Positions 61,466 to 64,000 of a stretch of 64,000 bases of DNA are shown here, one piece after another. The stretch is taken from NCBI RefSeq assembly GCF_009914755.1, contig NC_060946.1. One strand, 5' to 3'. The notes below the pieces were generated by a model. The model saw only the letters and a list, made by a program, of their open reading frames with translations. It was not told where the DNA came from and searched no databases. Source of the DNA: the human T2T-CHM13v2.0 reference genome, Homo sapiens. The translations under genes and the position numbers were made by a program. Each line of letters begins with the position of its first letter. Position 1 is the first letter of the stretch.

Positions 61466-61989
61466 AAAGAATTTACCCAAACGGAATTTTAAAACAGATG
61501 AGCATAACTGGAATCTTAATTACATGATTGGATTATCTGGAGCCACACCTTGATATTCCTAACCCGAGCACCCTCATCCAACGAATGCTCCACCCAACTG
61601 GCTCCCAAGTCTCTACGTGGTTCCAGAGCAAAAGAATGTTTATACAACGCATATCTCCACCTTTTCTTCAAAGTCTTTTCGTTTACACGGAAAGACTTCT
61701 TAAACTGCCATGCATCAGAGTCAGGGGGAGGTCTTGTTACAACACAGATCTGTGCATCTCCGGGGTTTGATTGTGGCAAGGATGCTGCTGGTGTCAAAAC
61801 CACAACGTGGGAACCACAGAACCACTAGTTGGTTTTCAGTGTTTCAGTGCATACAATTCCTAATATATCTGGCCAAGAAAACTTGTAAGTTCTTAGATTG
61901 TCCCAAAGGTGGCGCATGAAATCAAAGCAGGAGAACAGTTTCCTACCAGGTGTAGCCTGGGAAAGTTGGGGGTGACTGATGGAAAGGAG

Positions 61990-62388
61990 GAGTGAAGCTC
62001 CGCCCTTTCCGCTGCTAGGCTGCGCCCGAGGCTATTTAAACCCACCCTGGCTGGCCTGTACTCAGATCTTCGCGGAGCGGATCAGCGGCCGGAGCGTTTG
62101 GCGGACTCTGCGTGGACTTGGAGCTCACAGTGTCTTGCGACTTGGAAGCGGATTCAGAGGACAGGACAGAACACGTGGGCAAGTGAATCTCTGTCTGTCT
62201 GTCTGTCTGTCTCATTGGTTGGTTGATTTCCATTTTCTTAAGGGGCACATACCTCACACCGCACACACACAAACACACACCGCACACACAAACACACACA
62301 CACACACACACGCGCGCACACACACACTCCTTCCTTCTTCGAGTTAGAAAATTGGTACGGGCCCCTGGGAGCTGCAGGTTTCCTAATC
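61990..62388 (+). promoter_or_regulatory. Putative Pol II promoter, non-coding exon 1 and short intron of the ACRO1 unit
   Basis: GC box ctccgccc (about 61998), TATA-like ctatttaaa (62032-62040), CpG-rich ~62060-62178 ending in a GC-type donor GG|gcaagt, intron with (TCTG)n and (CA)n, acceptor ctgcag|G at 62377, ATG in aatcATGt at 62389. Confidence 0.55.
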
Positions 62389-63170
62389 ATGTCTGCACCT
62401 AAGAACAGTAGGGTCTTGTCTGGCTCTTCTTATGAACGGTCCCCCAGCCCAGACTCCCCAAGGTCCATGCGAGCCTCACCCAGCTTCTTCCTCTCCCCTC
62501 TCAGAATCTCTTGCTTAAGGGGAAGCTCCTCACCAGGGATCCGGAGCTACCATTCACCATCCCCTAGGGCTTCACCACACTCACCTCTGTCATCACCAGA
62601 ATCCCACAAGCTCCCATTTCCCTGTCCTCACCGTGATGGGCAATCAATGAAGACATTGGGCTCTCCCGTGTCCTCCTCTGAGGATTCCTCAGAGTCCCCA
62701 CGTTCATCAATAATATACCACATGCTCTTACTGCCATCACCCAGCAGCTCACCCCCAGCTCTCGGGGGGTCTCCTTTGTCTCCCAGCTACTCTCCAAACA
62801 ACCCCAGATTTCAGCTGGAGTCAGCCCCCCACACCCAGGAATCACCTACAAACTCATGAGCCTCACGGTGCTCCACCCCTGTGTCTTTCATCTCTTCACC
62901 CCCAGGCCTCAGGGACTCTCCTGTGGCTCCCAGTTACTCTCCAGCCATCCCCAGGTTCCTGTGGGAGTCAGCCCCATGCACCCAGGAGTCCCCCAGAGAC
63001 TCACAGGTCTCGGGAGAATATGAGTGGTCCCCCAGCCCTGACTCCTCAAGATTCATGCCTGCCTCACCCAGCTTCTCCCTCTCCCCTCCCAGAAACTCAG
63101 ACCCAAGGGGCAGCTCCTCACCAGAGATGTGGAAGTATTCTACATCACCACGCATGGCTTCACCACTCTC
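62389..63170 (+). pseudogene. 5' part of the ACRO1 ORF (MSAPKNSRVL...), with a CGA>TGA stop at 62857-62859 and truncation at 63170
   Basis: 62634-63170 is the near-identical reverse complement of 59695-60231, in the same frame as the 913-codon ORF; TNS* here versus TNSR there. Confidence 0.75.
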
Positions 63171-63705
63171 CTTACCATTAGAACACTCAGTAATCATATG
63201 AATTGTGCAGTTGTTGTTTTGCTTAACTCTTTTTGTTTGTTTATGCTTGGGGTTTTATTGTTGTTGTTTCACTTTTCTCCCATCTCTTCCTGACTTGGTC
63301 AAATCCAAAGGAATGTTCCAAATTATGGGGAGCAAGTCCTCTGAATTGGCTAAAACTCCTATGGCTGCAAAAAAACAAACAAATAAACAACAAAAAAAAG
63401 CATTCCAGTTAGCAGAAATTATTTTTTAAACCTTTTTTTTTACGTAACTGGTCTCATCTACATAAAAAGGTCATCCTTTTGCTAGCCAAGGCCAAACTGA
63501 AGGAGTAGTGGTGGTGACCCAATGTGAAGATTCTGCCCTGTTCACTACAGAAACCTGAGTTTGGTTCCTAAGTCTAGTTCTTTCTGTTTGATATTTGTGT
63601 TACTTTTAAAACGTCAGCAGTTTGTCCCAGCTATGATGTGGTAGTAAAAGATTCAAAAGGGGTTTCTTTACAGGTTCTATGATTAAAAGCTTAATTTAAA
63701 GCAAA

Positions 63706-64000
63706 TTTCTTTTTTTTTAAATTATACTTTAAGTTCTGGGGTACATGTGCAGAACATGCAGGTTTGTTACATAGGTATACACATGCCATGGCGGCTTGCT
63801 GCATCCATCAACCCATGATCTACATTAGTTATTTCTCCTAATGCCATCCCTCTCCTAGCCCCCCACGCTGACAGGCCCTGGTGTGTGATGTTCCCCTTGC
63901 TGTGTCCATGTGTTCCCATTGTTCAACTCCAAGTTATGAGTGAGAACATGTGGTGTTTGGTTTTCTGTTCTTGTGTTAGTTTGCTGAGAATGATGCTTTC
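63706..64000 (-). mobile_element. L1PA 3' end, running off the window
   Basis: ttttttttaaattatactttaagttctggggtacatgtgcagaac...tatgagtgagaacatgtggtgtttgg. Confidence 0.95.

Noticed and set aside
63200-63700. ERV internal-like sequence and ORF 63205-63429
   Set aside because: It looks like an ERV leader region, but I cannot name the family; the ORF is low-complexity with a non-ATG start.

Overview
This is primate (human-like) nuclear DNA with the mosaic make-up of a pericentromeric or acrocentric-short-arm segmental duplication. I recognise no intact conventional gene. From left to right it holds: five minus-strand exons of an ANKRD20A-family pseudogene (2.0-11.8 kb); a disabled first coding exon of ASNS (15.5-15.7 kb); a SATR-type ~73-bp satellite (19.7-28.6 kb) with three orientation switches, an AluY and a scrambled four-piece NUMT; and Alu/L1/LTR-rich DNA with two tandem copies of the GTF2I/GTF2IRD2 first coding exon. 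These are followed by a CpG-rich repeat island, an L1 ending in degenerate (CCCTAA)n, TAR1, a gamma-satellite (GSATII-like) array, and two head-to-head partial ACRO1-satellite units. The most striking structure is at 57.5-63.2 kb. A 913-codon stop-free minus-strand frame runs through the whole 144/147-bp ACRO1 array and encodes Pol II CTD-like YSPTTP repeats, but has no recognisable promoter or N-terminus of its own. The matching promoter-like region, exon 1, intron and ATG lie 2.4 kb away on the opposite strand, between two 537-bp inverted repeats. Inverting that spacer would build a 993-codon gene in frame. Family names come from sequence recognition by memory, not from database searches. 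Repeat boundaries are approximate unless splice sites or TSDs are quoted.
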